Below the pieces are notes generated by a model that had not been told where the DNA came from, did not search any database, and saw nothing but the letters and a program-made list of their open reading frames with translations. Position numbers and translations under genes: made by a program. A stretch of DNA of 64,000 nucleotides from positions 32,001 to 96,000 of the forward strand of contig JBHLOY010000006.1 in assembly GCA_048939995.1 (NCBI GenBank), written 5' to 3'. Shown here piece by piece: positions 49,569-58,566 of this stretch. This stretch comes from Promethearchaeota archaeon. GTDB taxonomy: Archaea; Asgardarchaeota; Lokiarchaeia; Sigyniarchaeales; SOKP01. Within the stretch, counting starts at the first letter, position 1; each line of letters begins with the position of its first letter.

Positions 49569-50780
49569 ATGAATAATAAGAGTAGAAATAATAAATACAT
49601 ATTACAGAAAGAAGGGTCTGTTAAATTTTATATACATCAATCGGATAAAGATTTAATACCATCAAAATCAATGAATGTATTTTATAATAAGAACATGGAA
49701 ATAAATCGTGACATAACTATATCATCAATTATAACATATAAAAATTTATATAACCCAGATTCGTTGATCATCGTTGATTCCATGGCAGCCTCTGGAATAA
49801 CATCTATTAGATTACTCCAAGAATGTAATAATATTGAAAAAATTTACATAAATGATATAAACCCTCTTGCAAATTATTTAATAAAAAAAAATTTAGAACT
49901 AAATAGAAACCTTTTAAATCATGTAGAAGTAACTAATGAGGATGCTAATTCTCTTTTTCTAAAATTGGGCCATCCTAATGAGTTAAAAAAGCCCAATATT
50001 ATAATTATCGATCCTTTTGGTACTCCTTCCTACTTTATTGATACAGCCTCAAAAGCAATTCAAAAAGAGAATGGTTTATTATGTATAACTGCTACAGATA
50101 CGGCAGTTTTGTTTGGAATTAGAAAGAATGCATGCATTAAAAAGTACCTATCTAAACCTCTCCACAATGAATATTGTAAAGAAATTGGTGCAAGAATCTT
50201 GCTCAACTTTATTTCTAAAATAGCTAATATGAATAATCTAGGCATTATTCCACTATTAACATTTTATTCAAGTCATTTTTTAAAGATTTTTGCTCTTACA
50301 TATAAAGGAAATAAAAAAATCTACTCAAATCTTTCAAATAATGGATTTATACTTCACTGTAATGATTGTGGGCATCGTTCAATATATCCTGATGACATTT
50401 TGAAGGTTCCTCATCAATGCCCGATCTGCAATGCAAGTAAAGTGTTGGACTATGCGGGTCCTCTCTGGATTGAAAATTTGCATGATAAGATTTTCGTTGA
50501 AGGATTAATTCAATATAATTTAGATTCTTACTTTTCTAATAAAAATAAAATAAATAAAATTTTAAATTTGGTATTAAAAGAAATTGAAATGCCAGCTACA
50601 TACTACAATATCCATAAATTGTGTGAAAAGTTGAGAGTTCCACAAATTCCTAAAATTGATTTAATTATTGAGAAGATTAGAAGCCAAGGAGCTCAAGCTT
50701 CAAGAACCCATTTTGACTTTTTATCAATCAAAACAAATATTGGAATAAAAATGTTAACAGAACTTATCCGCGCAATGTAA
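49569..50780 (+). CDS. trm1: tRNA (guanine26-N2)-dimethyltransferase
   Basis: VFYNKNMEINRD, MAASGITSIR, IDPFGTP, CITATDTAVL, AGPLW, SRTHF. Confidence 0.93.
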   Translation: MNNKSRNNKYILQKEGSVKFYIHQSDKDLIPSKSMNVFYNKNMEINRDITISSIITYKNLYNPDSLIIVDSMAASGITSIRLLQECNNIEKIYINDINPLANYLIKKNLELNRNLLNHVEVTNEDANSLFLKLGHPNELKKPNIIIIDPFGTPSYFIDTASKAIQKENGLLCITATDTAVLFGIRKNACIKKYLSKPLHNEYCKEIGARILLNFISKIANMNNLGIIPLLTFYSSHFLKIFALTYKGNKKIYSNLSNNGFILHCNDCGHRSIYPDDILKVPHQCPICNASKVLDYAGPLWIENLHDKIFVEGLIQYNLDSYFSNKNKINKILNLVLKEIEMPATYYNIHKLCEKLRVPQIPKIDLIIEKIRSQGAQASRTHFDFLSIKTNIGIKMLTELIRAM

Positions 50781-50788
50781 AAATTAAG

Positions 50789-51433
50789 GTGTTAAATCTG
50801 GTTAGATATAAATCAGACCATGCAAAGGATGCATTTTATAGAGAAGCTAAGCAAAAGGGATATAGAGCACGTTCAGCTTTTAAACTTTTAGAAATCCAAA
50901 GTAGGTTTGACGTATTTAAGAGAGTTTTTTACATTCTAGATTTAGGAAGCGCTCCTGGCTCTTGGTTACAAATTTCAAAAGAATTGGCTATTAAAAATAT
51001 CGAGAAATATAATGATTCTCATTATTCAAGAGATTATTTTAAAATAATGGGTGTAGACATTAAAAAACTATCACCAATTGAGGATATTGAGATTTTAACA
51101 ATGAACATTAACGATAAAGAGCTAAGGAATAAAATTGATGAATATTTTAATGGAGAGAAATTAGATTTAATTCTTTCTGATGCCAGCATAAACAAATCTG
51201 GCAATAAATTTAGTGATCAAGCAAGACAAATCAAACTATGTTATGAAATATTTTCATTAATAGACTTTTTAAAAAATAGAGGAAATTTTGTTATTAAGCT
51301 CTTTCAAGGAGAAGATTTTGAAGCTTTTTTTAAAAGTTTTAAAAGCTATTTCATGCAAGTTAAAAGTTTTAAACCAAGGGCTTCGAGTAAAAAAAGCAAT
51401 GAAATCTATCTCATTGGATTAAAAAAAAAGTAG
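50789..51433 (+). CDS. rlmE: 23S rRNA 2'-O-methyltransferase RlmE/FtsJ family
   Basis: GYRARSAFKL, DLGSAPGSW, ILSDA, FVIKLF, KPRASSKKSNEIY. Confidence 0.93.
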   Translation: MLNLVRYKSDHAKDAFYREAKQKGYRARSAFKLLEIQSRFDVFKRVFYILDLGSAPGSWLQISKELAIKNIEKYNDSHYSRDYFKIMGVDIKKLSPIEDIEILTMNINDKELRNKIDEYFNGEKLDLILSDASINKSGNKFSDQARQIKLCYEIFSLIDFLKNRGNFVIKLFQGEDFEAFFKSFKSYFMQVKSFKPRASSKKSNEIYLIGLKKK

Positions 51434-52072
51434 TTACTCTAAATTCTCTGATTTAACCTCATCAAAATTTACCTTATAAATTTTACCCTCTAATGAAGCA
51501 TAAATCCATTCAGTAAGCCAAGCGCAAATATGGGGATTAAATTGATCATTGCTCGTTTCATTACATCTACCAATAAAAGGGCATATTAAACATGGTTGAT
51601 ATGAGAAGATATCAAATATAAAATCATTTTTGCTTTTATCAATTTTAATATCTTTTACTTTTGCTTCGATATCTTCAACAGCAGATATGAATTTTGTCCA
51701 TGATGCGGCAACTAACTCCCTTCTTATCTTTATTTTTGATTGTAGAGCTAGAGTATCCAAAATTTCATCTAAATCATTACGATTTTTTTTAGTTAATTTT
51801 AAAAGATCTTTAAAATATAAACTCCTTTTTTTATTTATTATATCAAGGACAGCTTTTTCTTCCTTTCTAAGATTTCGAGTAAAATGCCTTTTCCTTTCTT
51901 CTATCCTTTCGATTCGTCTTTCAGCCTCTGATTGATCAGATTCCTCGGAACCCTCCAATCGTTCCTTCACTTTGCATTTATGACGTGAAAGGTATGCAAA
52001 ACTATTCCCACAATAAGGACAGACTTCTTTTTTTTTCTTTGCCATCTTAATCTTCATTCTTTCTTTTGACAA
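51434..52072 (-). CDS. RPC34/C39-like (TFEbeta-like) winged-helix plus Fe-S protein with extra N-terminal zinc finger (start possibly 52045)
   Basis: C-terminal PCLICPFIGRC..NPHICAWLTEWI resembles the RPC34 Fe-S motif; central HTH; N-terminal CPYC-x9-H-x-C. Confidence 0.75.
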   Translation of the reverse strand: MSKERMKIKMAKKKKEVCPYCGNSFAYLSRHKCKVKERLEGSEESDQSEAERRIERIEERKRHFTRNLRKEEKAVLDIINKKRSLYFKDLLKLTKKNRNDLDEILDTLALQSKIKIRRELVAASWTKFISAVEDIEAKVKDIKIDKSKNDFIFDIFSYQPCLICPFIGRCNETSNDQFNPHICAWLTEWIYASLEGKIYKVNFDEVKSENLE

Positions 52073-52196
52073 ATATAAATTATGTATAGTTTAAAATTAA
52101 TTTTTGCAAATTATTTTAGGGTTAATTTTTAATATCTAATAGATAAATAATTCTTAATAGTAACTAAATTTTAAATATCGAGTAAATTAATATAAG

Positions 52197-52991
52197 ATGG
52201 ACTTAAATCTCTCCAAAATACTCTACAAAACAAATCAACGTATTAGTACAGATGTAATATTAAAAAAAAAAACCAATTATTTAGAAAGAATTAATATACT
52301 TTCTTCTGGGTTACACAATTTAGATAAATTATTGGGAGGGGGATTTCGTTCAGAAAAACTATATATAATATTTGGAAAATATAGTACTGGAAAGACTCAA
52401 CTCTGTCATCAATTATGTGTAGAATCCTACAAGAAATTTGCTTCTTCTATTTTTATAGATACTGAAAATACATTTCGTCCCGAAAGAATTATTCAAATAG
52501 CAGATGCACAGAAACTTAATCCGAATAATGTTTTGAAAAGCATTTTAGTAACGAAGACTTTAAGTAATTCTATGTTTCTCTTGAATCTACAAAATGTCGA
52601 AAATATGATAAAAAGTAATAAATACAAAGTAATTTTAATTGATTCAATTAATAAATACTATCGCTTAGAGCAATCTAATGATGAAATTAGCTTTTACAAG
52701 GCTAAAACTAATTTTCTTAAAATATTAAAGTATCTTAATGATCTCACCAATTCTTATAACATAATCACAATTTGTAGCGCTCAGGTTTCTCCAATTTTCA
52801 TTGCTAATAACATCATCGCAGAAAATCCAGTGGGAATTCAATACTTAAATCATTTTTGTTCTGAGTTTTTGTATTTAACTATGCAAGGAGAATCAATTGG
52901 GAATGCACATTTAGTTAATTCATTTTCACTAGCAGAGGAAAAAGCAGTATTTGAAATAAAATCTGAAGGTATTAAAGATTGCGATATTTAA
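52197..52991 (+). CDS. RadA/Rad51 paralog (ATPase core only)
   Basis: LDKLLGGG, GKYSTGKTQLCHQL, FIDTENTFRPERI, ILIDS. Confidence 0.88.
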   Translation: MDLNLSKILYKTNQRISTDVILKKKTNYLERINILSSGLHNLDKLLGGGFRSEKLYIIFGKYSTGKTQLCHQLCVESYKKFASSIFIDTENTFRPERIIQIADAQKLNPNNVLKSILVTKTLSNSMFLLNLQNVENMIKSNKYKVILIDSINKYYRLEQSNDEISFYKAKTNFLKILKYLNDLTNSYNIITICSAQVSPIFIANNIIAENPVGIQYLNHFCSEFLYLTMQGESIGNAHLVNSFSLAEEKAVFEIKSEGIKDCDI

Positions 52992-53834
52992 TTAGAATTT
53001 ATCTAAAACGAATTCCTTGAATTCAGATAAAGTTAAATTATGAATTCTTTTTGATTTTGTAGTAGAATTTACATAATAAATAGGGCATACTATTTGCTTT
53101 TGTATCTGTTCTAATAAAAATTTAGCATATTTTAGTTTCTTTCTCTTAATTCTTGAAGCTTTAAAATTATTTAATTTATCAATTTTGCTATACTTTCCAA
53201 CTATCTTATCAAAATCCATACCTATTAAAAAAACTACTTGTGTTGGTCTTAGAAGTGACTTTAAAAAAAACAGAACTCTATCACCATCTGTAAAACCTCC
53301 TGGATTTAAAACATTTTTAGTTGGTTCCACCTGCGTCGTCCCGATTATGTTGTCAAAATTAATAATCAGTTTTTCAAAGGCCTGCAGTTTATTTATATTA
53401 TCTCCATGTGCGTGTACAATTAAGAATTTTGAGTAAAGGAACTCCCTTTCAGTAATTCCATCTAAATCTGTAAAGATTATATCGACGGGTATATCATTAT
53501 CGCGTAAGAACCTAGATGATCCATCAGCACATAAATTAATGAAATTATTAAAAATATGGCTTCCCTTTATTTCGAGTGTAAATTTCATTGTTTCCTCCAG
53601 TGATGGTCCACAACCATATATTAGTATTATCTCCTTATCATTAACAAGATTTTTAATAGAATTAAGGACTTTTTCAAGGTTGTAATCCTTACTTTTTTTC
53701 AAAATAATTTTATGCAGAAGATTTCGTGCATATTTATCAGATTTATAATCAAATTTGAAACTTTTTAGGATTTTAATATAAGTATCTTTAAAATTACTAT
53801 AATAATTGATTATATCACTGAGTGTAATTGTCAT
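52992..53834 (-). CDS. mptE: 6-hydroxymethyl-7,8-dihydropterin pyrophosphokinase (MptE/DUF115)
   Basis: GCGPSL, CADG, FTDLDG, VHAHGDN, GGFTDGDR, IGMDF. Confidence 0.88.
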   Translation of the reverse strand: MTITLSDIINYYSNFKDTYIKILKSFKFDYKSDKYARNLLHKIILKKSKDYNLEKVLNSIKNLVNDKEIILIYGCGPSLEETMKFTLEIKGSHIFNNFINLCADGSSRFLRDNDIPVDIIFTDLDGITEREFLYSKFLIVHAHGDNINKLQAFEKLIINFDNIIGTTQVEPTKNVLNPGGFTDGDRVLFFLKSLLRPTQVVFLIGMDFDKIVGKYSKIDKLNNFKASRIKRKKLKYAKFLLEQIQKQIVCPIYYVNSTTKSKRIHNLTLSEFKEFVLDKF

Positions 53835-53962
53835 TTTATCAGATCTGATTTTAGGTTTAATTAATAAAAAAATTTTATATTTTGGATATAATTAAATTTA
53901 TCATACAATTAAATTCAATATATTTTGTTCATAAAAATTATAAACAAAGAGTTAGATAAAAA

Positions 53963-54361
53963 ATGACAATATGGTATACTAAGACCCACCAATGGTTTGA
54001 TGATTCAACTGGGGCAGTTGGAATCACTCCTTATGCTGCTGAACAATTAGGTGAAATTTCTTTTGTAGATGTTGAAGCTCTTGAAGGGGCTACTATTACG
54101 CAAGTTAAAATGGACGGAGATGAGCCAAGTAGTGATCCATTGGATTGCACTGTTGAATCAAGTAAAGCAGTTGGGGATGTTTATAGCCCAGTTTCCGGAA
54201 CAGTCACAGAAGTTAATTCATCCTTAATGGATGAACCAGAAAAAATCAATGAAGATGCTTTTTCAGCATGGTTATTTAAAGTTAACCCATCAAATTGGGA
54301 TTCTGAAAAAGGAAATCTTTTAGATGAAGCTGCATATAAAGCTTTTATTGCTAATTTATAA
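53963..54361 (+). CDS. gcvH: Glycine cleavage H protein / lipoyl carrier
   Basis: YTKTHQW, VGITPYAAEQLGEI, VESSKAVGDVYSPVSG (lipoyl Lys), WLFK. Confidence 0.93.
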   Translation: MTIWYTKTHQWFDDSTGAVGITPYAAEQLGEISFVDVEALEGATITQVKMDGDEPSSDPLDCTVESSKAVGDVYSPVSGTVTEVNSSLMDEPEKINEDAFSAWLFKVNPSNWDSEKGNLLDEAAYKAFIANL

Positions 54362-54383
54362 TTTTTGATTAAAAATTCATTAC

Positions 54384-54399
54384 TTTTTTTTCTTTTTTT
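54384..54399 (+). terminator. Oligo-T terminator candidate after gcvH
   Basis: T8-C-T7. Confidence 0.45.
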
Positions 54400-54430
54400 C
54401 AATAATAAACAGAAACATTAAGCAAGAAGA

Positions 54431-54943
54431 TTAAACATTAAATAATCTTTCTCCCAATTTTATAGTTATAAATGCCTGTAATGCAACAAAAGCAGAAATA
54501 ACTAAAATAATTCCAATTATCAAAATTTTTATCGCAGTTATCTTATTATACACATACTTTGATGCCTGATAAAGTAGTATAAAACCAATAGAACAGAGAA
54601 AAATGAAAATTGAAGCCACAATACTCTCAATTATGAAAGCTTCAGATATATCCGGATAAAATAAAACAGGATTACCTTGTGGATTGGCCCCTATAGCGAT
54701 AGGTTCTCTATAAATAATATAAATAATACCTGTTTGAAGGAGGAATAATATAATATATATTCCTATAACTACTAAGGTTCTTCCCGGTAAAGGCATTTCC
54801 ATCTTTGGAAGTTTTAACTGCGGATAATTTACTTTAGGCTTTCTTAGTGAATTTCCAAACACCCAAGGGGTTTTGCTTTTTATTTTTTCAAAAATTGTCT
54901 CGGAACCACTGACATCTTCCTTAGGGGTTGATTGTTTTTGCAT
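54431..54943 (-). CDS. OSTC/DC2 (OST3/OST6 membrane domain)-like 3-TM protein
   Basis: GIIYIIYREPIAIG...FIIESIVASIFIFLCSIGFILL resembles DC2 GIIYDVIVEPPSVG...[22 protein letters not shown] (recalled). Confidence 0.7.
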   Translation of the reverse strand: MQKQSTPKEDVSGSETIFEKIKSKTPWVFGNSLRKPKVNYPQLKLPKMEMPLPGRTLVVIGIYIILFLLQTGIIYIIYREPIAIGANPQGNPVLFYPDISEAFIIESIVASIFIFLCSIGFILLYQASKYVYNKITAIKILIIGIILVISAFVALQAFITIKLGERLFNV

Positions 54944-55031
54944 AAATATCCGCGAGTTACTTTTTATCTACAAGATATTAATTTTTTTTAAATTAAAAAG
55001 TTTTTAGTTATAAAAGTTATTTTCATAATAT

Positions 55032-56534
55032 CTAAACTAATTTCTTTAATAAAGATATTAAGAAATTCCATATTTTCTCTACGGTTTTTATTTTTAGCCG
55101 TTCATCTGGAGAATGACCATCAATAATAGTTGGTCCAATTGAAATAATTTCCAAATTAGGAAAATGATGCTTAAAGTAAGCGCATTCTAGACCTGCATGA
55201 ATAGCTTGTATTATAACCTCACTTTTGAATAATTCCTCATAGGTTTCTGAAGCAAGATTTGAAAGCTTTGAATTAAAATTAGGAGGCCAACTTGGATACT
55301 CATACTTAATATTAGTATTAATCTTCAATCCAGACATTCTAAATAAAGTTTGAAACTGATCAAATATAACATCTTGGTCATATTGAGTTAGGCTTCTTTG
55401 ACTAATTATAAATTTTATAGAAGTCTTTGATGTCTTTATTGAAGCAAAATTACTTGAAGTGTGGACTAATTCTTTATTTGCTGGATGTATATAAATAGGG
55501 CCATTTTGCATTGAAAACAAAAGTTCAATTAATCTATTTTGGACATCTTTTGAGATAATTGAAAAGGCACTAGATTCTTGTACCCGCTTGATAAGGATAT
55601 TAATACTAGGTTCAATATCTTCATACAACATCTGAATATTTGGAGAGATCTCCTCTATAAATTGAGTAATTTCAGAGAATTTAAACTTCTCAGAAAAAAA
55701 TAACGCTTCTGCTTCTCTTGGAATAGCATTATCTAAATTACCACCATCTAAAGAAATTAAATGGATATTATAATTACTATTTATTTTCCATAATACTTGA
55801 GAAAGTATATTTAGTGCATTTGCTCTACCTTTATCAATGTCTACTCCAGAATGACCACCAGTTAATCCTGTAATTGAAAGTTTAATAGGAATTAAATCTT
55901 TATTATGATCAATAAGATTCTTTTCAATTTGTAGAGTCACTTCAAAAACTCTGCCACCTGCAGCTCCAATTGTAAATTTATTATCCCCTTCTGAATCCAG
56001 ATTTATCATATAAGGACCACTTATAAAATTTTTGTCGATTTGGCTTGCTCCTGTTAATCCTCTCTCTTCATCGACAGTAAATAGAAGATTAATTGATATA
56101 GGGCCTAAATTTAACTCTTTGTTATACATTTTCTTCATAATCGCTAATTGATATGCCATTCCAACAGCATTGTCAGCCCCTAAGGTAGTACCTTTAGCCT
56201 TTATCCATTTTTCATTATTTATTTCAATTATTTCCAAATCCAAAGAATCTTTTGAGAAATCATGAATTACATCATCATTTTTTTCACAGACCATGTCCAT
56301 ATGACTTTGCAAAGTAACGCCTAGAACATTTTTTTCATTTAAATTTGAAGGAATTTCAATTACTATGTTTTTAACTTGATCTATTTTAGTTTGATATCCC
56401 AGTTTTTCAGCTTCTTTTTGTATAAAAAGCCTTATTTGGTCCTCATGACCAGAACAGCGAGGAATTTTTGAAATTTCAAAAAAGTATTCCCAAAATTCTG
56501 ATGGATTCCCCAGTTCTTTTAAATATTTAATCAT
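55032..56534 (-). CDS. pepD: Aminoacyl-histidine dipeptidase (M20C)
   Basis: LQSHMDMVCEK, TTLGADN, TVDEERG, NLDSE, GGHSG, IHAGLEC, HSPDE. Confidence 0.93.
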   Translation of the reverse strand: MIKYLKELGNPSEFWEYFFEISKIPRCSGHEDQIRLFIQKEAEKLGYQTKIDQVKNIVIEIPSNLNEKNVLGVTLQSHMDMVCEKNDDVIHDFSKDSLDLEIIEINNEKWIKAKGTTLGADNAVGMAYQLAIMKKMYNKELNLGPISINLLFTVDEERGLTGASQIDKNFISGPYMINLDSEGDNKFTIGAAGGRVFEVTLQIEKNLIDHNKDLIPIKLSITGLTGGHSGVDIDKGRANALNILSQVLWKINSNYNIHLISLDGGNLDNAIPREAEALFFSEKFKFSEITQFIEEISPNIQMLYEDIEPSINILIKRVQESSAFSIISKDVQNRLIELLFSMQNGPIYIHPANKELVHTSSNFASIKTSKTSIKFIISQRSLTQYDQDVIFDQFQTLFRMSGLKINTNIKYEYPSWPPNFNSKLSNLASETYEELFKSEVIIQAIHAGLECAYFKHHFPNLEIISIGPTIIDGHSPDERLKIKTVEKIWNFLISLLKKLV

Positions 56535-56629
56535 AATTGCTTTCCATGAAAATATATATATGTATTTTTTTATTACTTTTATAAAAATAACATTAAATTC
56601 CTTATAATTTTAATGTGAGAGATATTTAG

Positions 56630-57736
56630 ATGAGTAGCTGGAAAGATTTATATTCTGAAGTTAAGCAACGTAAAATGGAAGCGCTTAATAAAAAAGATGT
56701 TGTAAAAGCTGTTGAAAAACATGGTAAAATTTTAGCAGTAGAAGGACGATATGAGAAACCAAAAAAAATTATTGACCATATGTATGCCGCCATTCGTGAA
56801 ACAATAAAACCAAAACAAATTATGAAATATGATCTTAATGACTATGATGTAGTACTAATTGGATGTCCTGGTGATGATATTCCTCATTCGGCATATCCAA
56901 AAGTAAAAGATTATGTATCTTTGAATGGCGGCTGGCTAATAACAACAGATTGGGCAATTAAAACTTTAGTAGAAGTAATTTTTCCGGGTTATATTCGCTG
57001 GAATGGACAAAAAACAGGAGATGCTGTTGTTGCATGCCAGATAATGGAACCAAATCATCCTTATCTTGATGGGGTGCTAAGCGAAATTCAACAAAGTAAA
57101 TGGCAAAAACAAGACGCAAAAAATACCAAAAGGTCAGAATTCAGATGGTGGTTAGAGACCAAAAGCTTTCCAATAAGCATCTTGAACCCAAGTGTTCAGG
57201 TCTTAATATCATCCCAGGAGATCTTACGAAAATGGGGTGAATCTCCAGTCTTTGTATATTTTGATTATGGGAAAACTGGAGGTAGAGTTATTCATATGAT
57301 CTCTCACACTCATTTACAGAAAGGGGGGGTAAAGGGCAAATATGCTTCTGCACTTATCTTAACAAATATTTTAGATGAAAAAGTAGCTAAAAAAACAGGA
57401 ATTTCAAAAGCACCTACGCCTGGATATGTATCTAATTGGGAGGATACACAACAACCCCAACAGCAATATTCAGCATCAACTCAACAAAATACTTATCTAA
57501 CTCCTTCGGATAGTGTTAGTGGATTGACAGGTACCTCGCAAATTATTGAAGTAAATATGAATAGCAGTGAATTTTCATTTGCTAGCAAATGTGGGTATTG
57601 TGGATATGATTTTGGGGAATATGCTGGAAAGATTTACATGTGTAAAGCCTGTAAAACCTTATATCATGAAACATGCCTTAATATGCAGATTAATGAGGGC
57701 GTTTGCAAGAATTGTAATAAGATTTTATTATGGTAA
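56630..57736 (+). CDS. GATase-like-fold domain, Q/S/T-rich linker and C-terminal C4HC3 (RING-variant/PHD-like) finger
   Basis: YDVVLIGCPG, GGWLITTDWA; CGYC..CKAC..HETC..CKNC. Confidence 0.65.
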   Translation: MSSWKDLYSEVKQRKMEALNKKDVVKAVEKHGKILAVEGRYEKPKKIIDHMYAAIRETIKPKQIMKYDLNDYDVVLIGCPGDDIPHSAYPKVKDYVSLNGGWLITTDWAIKTLVEVIFPGYIRWNGQKTGDAVVACQIMEPNHPYLDGVLSEIQQSKWQKQDAKNTKRSEFRWWLETKSFPISILNPSVQVLISSQEILRKWGESPVFVYFDYGKTGGRVIHMISHTHLQKGGVKGKYASALILTNILDEKVAKKTGISKAPTPGYVSNWEDTQQPQQQYSASTQQNTYLTPSDSVSGLTGTSQIIEVNMNSSEFSFASKCGYCGYDFGEYAGKIYMCKACKTLYHETCLNMQINEGVCKNCNKILLW

Positions 57737-57841
57737 TCCTAAGTCCTCCAATTGGTGTTTCTTGGTCATTTTATTCTAAAATTTAATTAATCCTTAACTA
57801 TATTCATTCATTAGACCTATTTCAATAAATTAAGTGGAAAT

Positions 57842-58469
57842 ATGATACAAGAGATTTTTGAAGAAATTAATAATCTAGATGAAGAACGAATCATGCAGAT
57901 TATGCGACAACTCATTGAAATAGACACTTCGGTACCTCCAGGTAATTCCTATCGTGATTATGTTGATGCTTTATATCCGTATTTTATCGAATTGGATTTC
58001 TCATTAGAAGAGGTTAAAGTTCCTGAAGAATTAATTAAACAAATTCCATACCCTTTAGAAGGGCCTCGTATTAATCTTATAGCTAAAAAAGAAATTTGAG
58101 GAGGTAAAGCATGAAATTATCGAAAGTATAAATCGAGGAAAACAAAATAGCAACGCATTAGATATTAAAATTTCTTTTAGATATGATAATCCTCCTTTAA
58201 AAATTGACCCTAATTCAAGCGTAATTAAAAGTTGGAAAAAAGCTATGGCAATCAGTAACAATCTCCTTGAGGATAAGATTCAATTAATCGGAACGGCATC
58301 TTCCTCTGATATGGGATTCGTATCAGAAATTCTCAAGAAGAATGATATTATTATAACCGGTATTGAATCCCCATCATCTAAAGCTCATGGAGAAAATGAA
58401 TTTGTTAGAATTAGGGACATAAAAACCTTAATAAAAGAACTTATTGTTTTTTTATGTGAAGAATTATAA
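57842..58469 (+). pseudogene. Internally deleted M20 (ArgE/DapE-like) metallopeptidase
   Basis: N-terminal part LIEIDTSVPPG..RINLIA (57842-58099) joined out of frame to the C-terminal part FEEVKHEI..SSDMGF..AHGENE (58095-58469); central metal-binding region absent. Confidence 0.8.
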
Positions 58470-58483
58470 TATATGATTAATAA

Positions 58484-58507
58484 TTCGTGAAAGGGGGGTT
58501 TCACGAA
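58484..58507. promoter_or_regulatory. Perfect 9-bp inverted repeat (operator or hairpin)
   Basis: TTCGTGAAA-GGGGGG-TTTCACGAA. Confidence 0.5.
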
Positions 58508-58566
58508 AAATTTTTATTTTTATATTCTGAAGATTATTTAAGAAATAAATAGCTATATCTAAGAAA

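Noticed and set aside
58085-58099. AAAAAAG as a programmed frameshift joining the two M20 fragments
   Set aside because: The downstream frame is +1, not -1, and the joined product would still lack the catalytic core; a deletion explains it better
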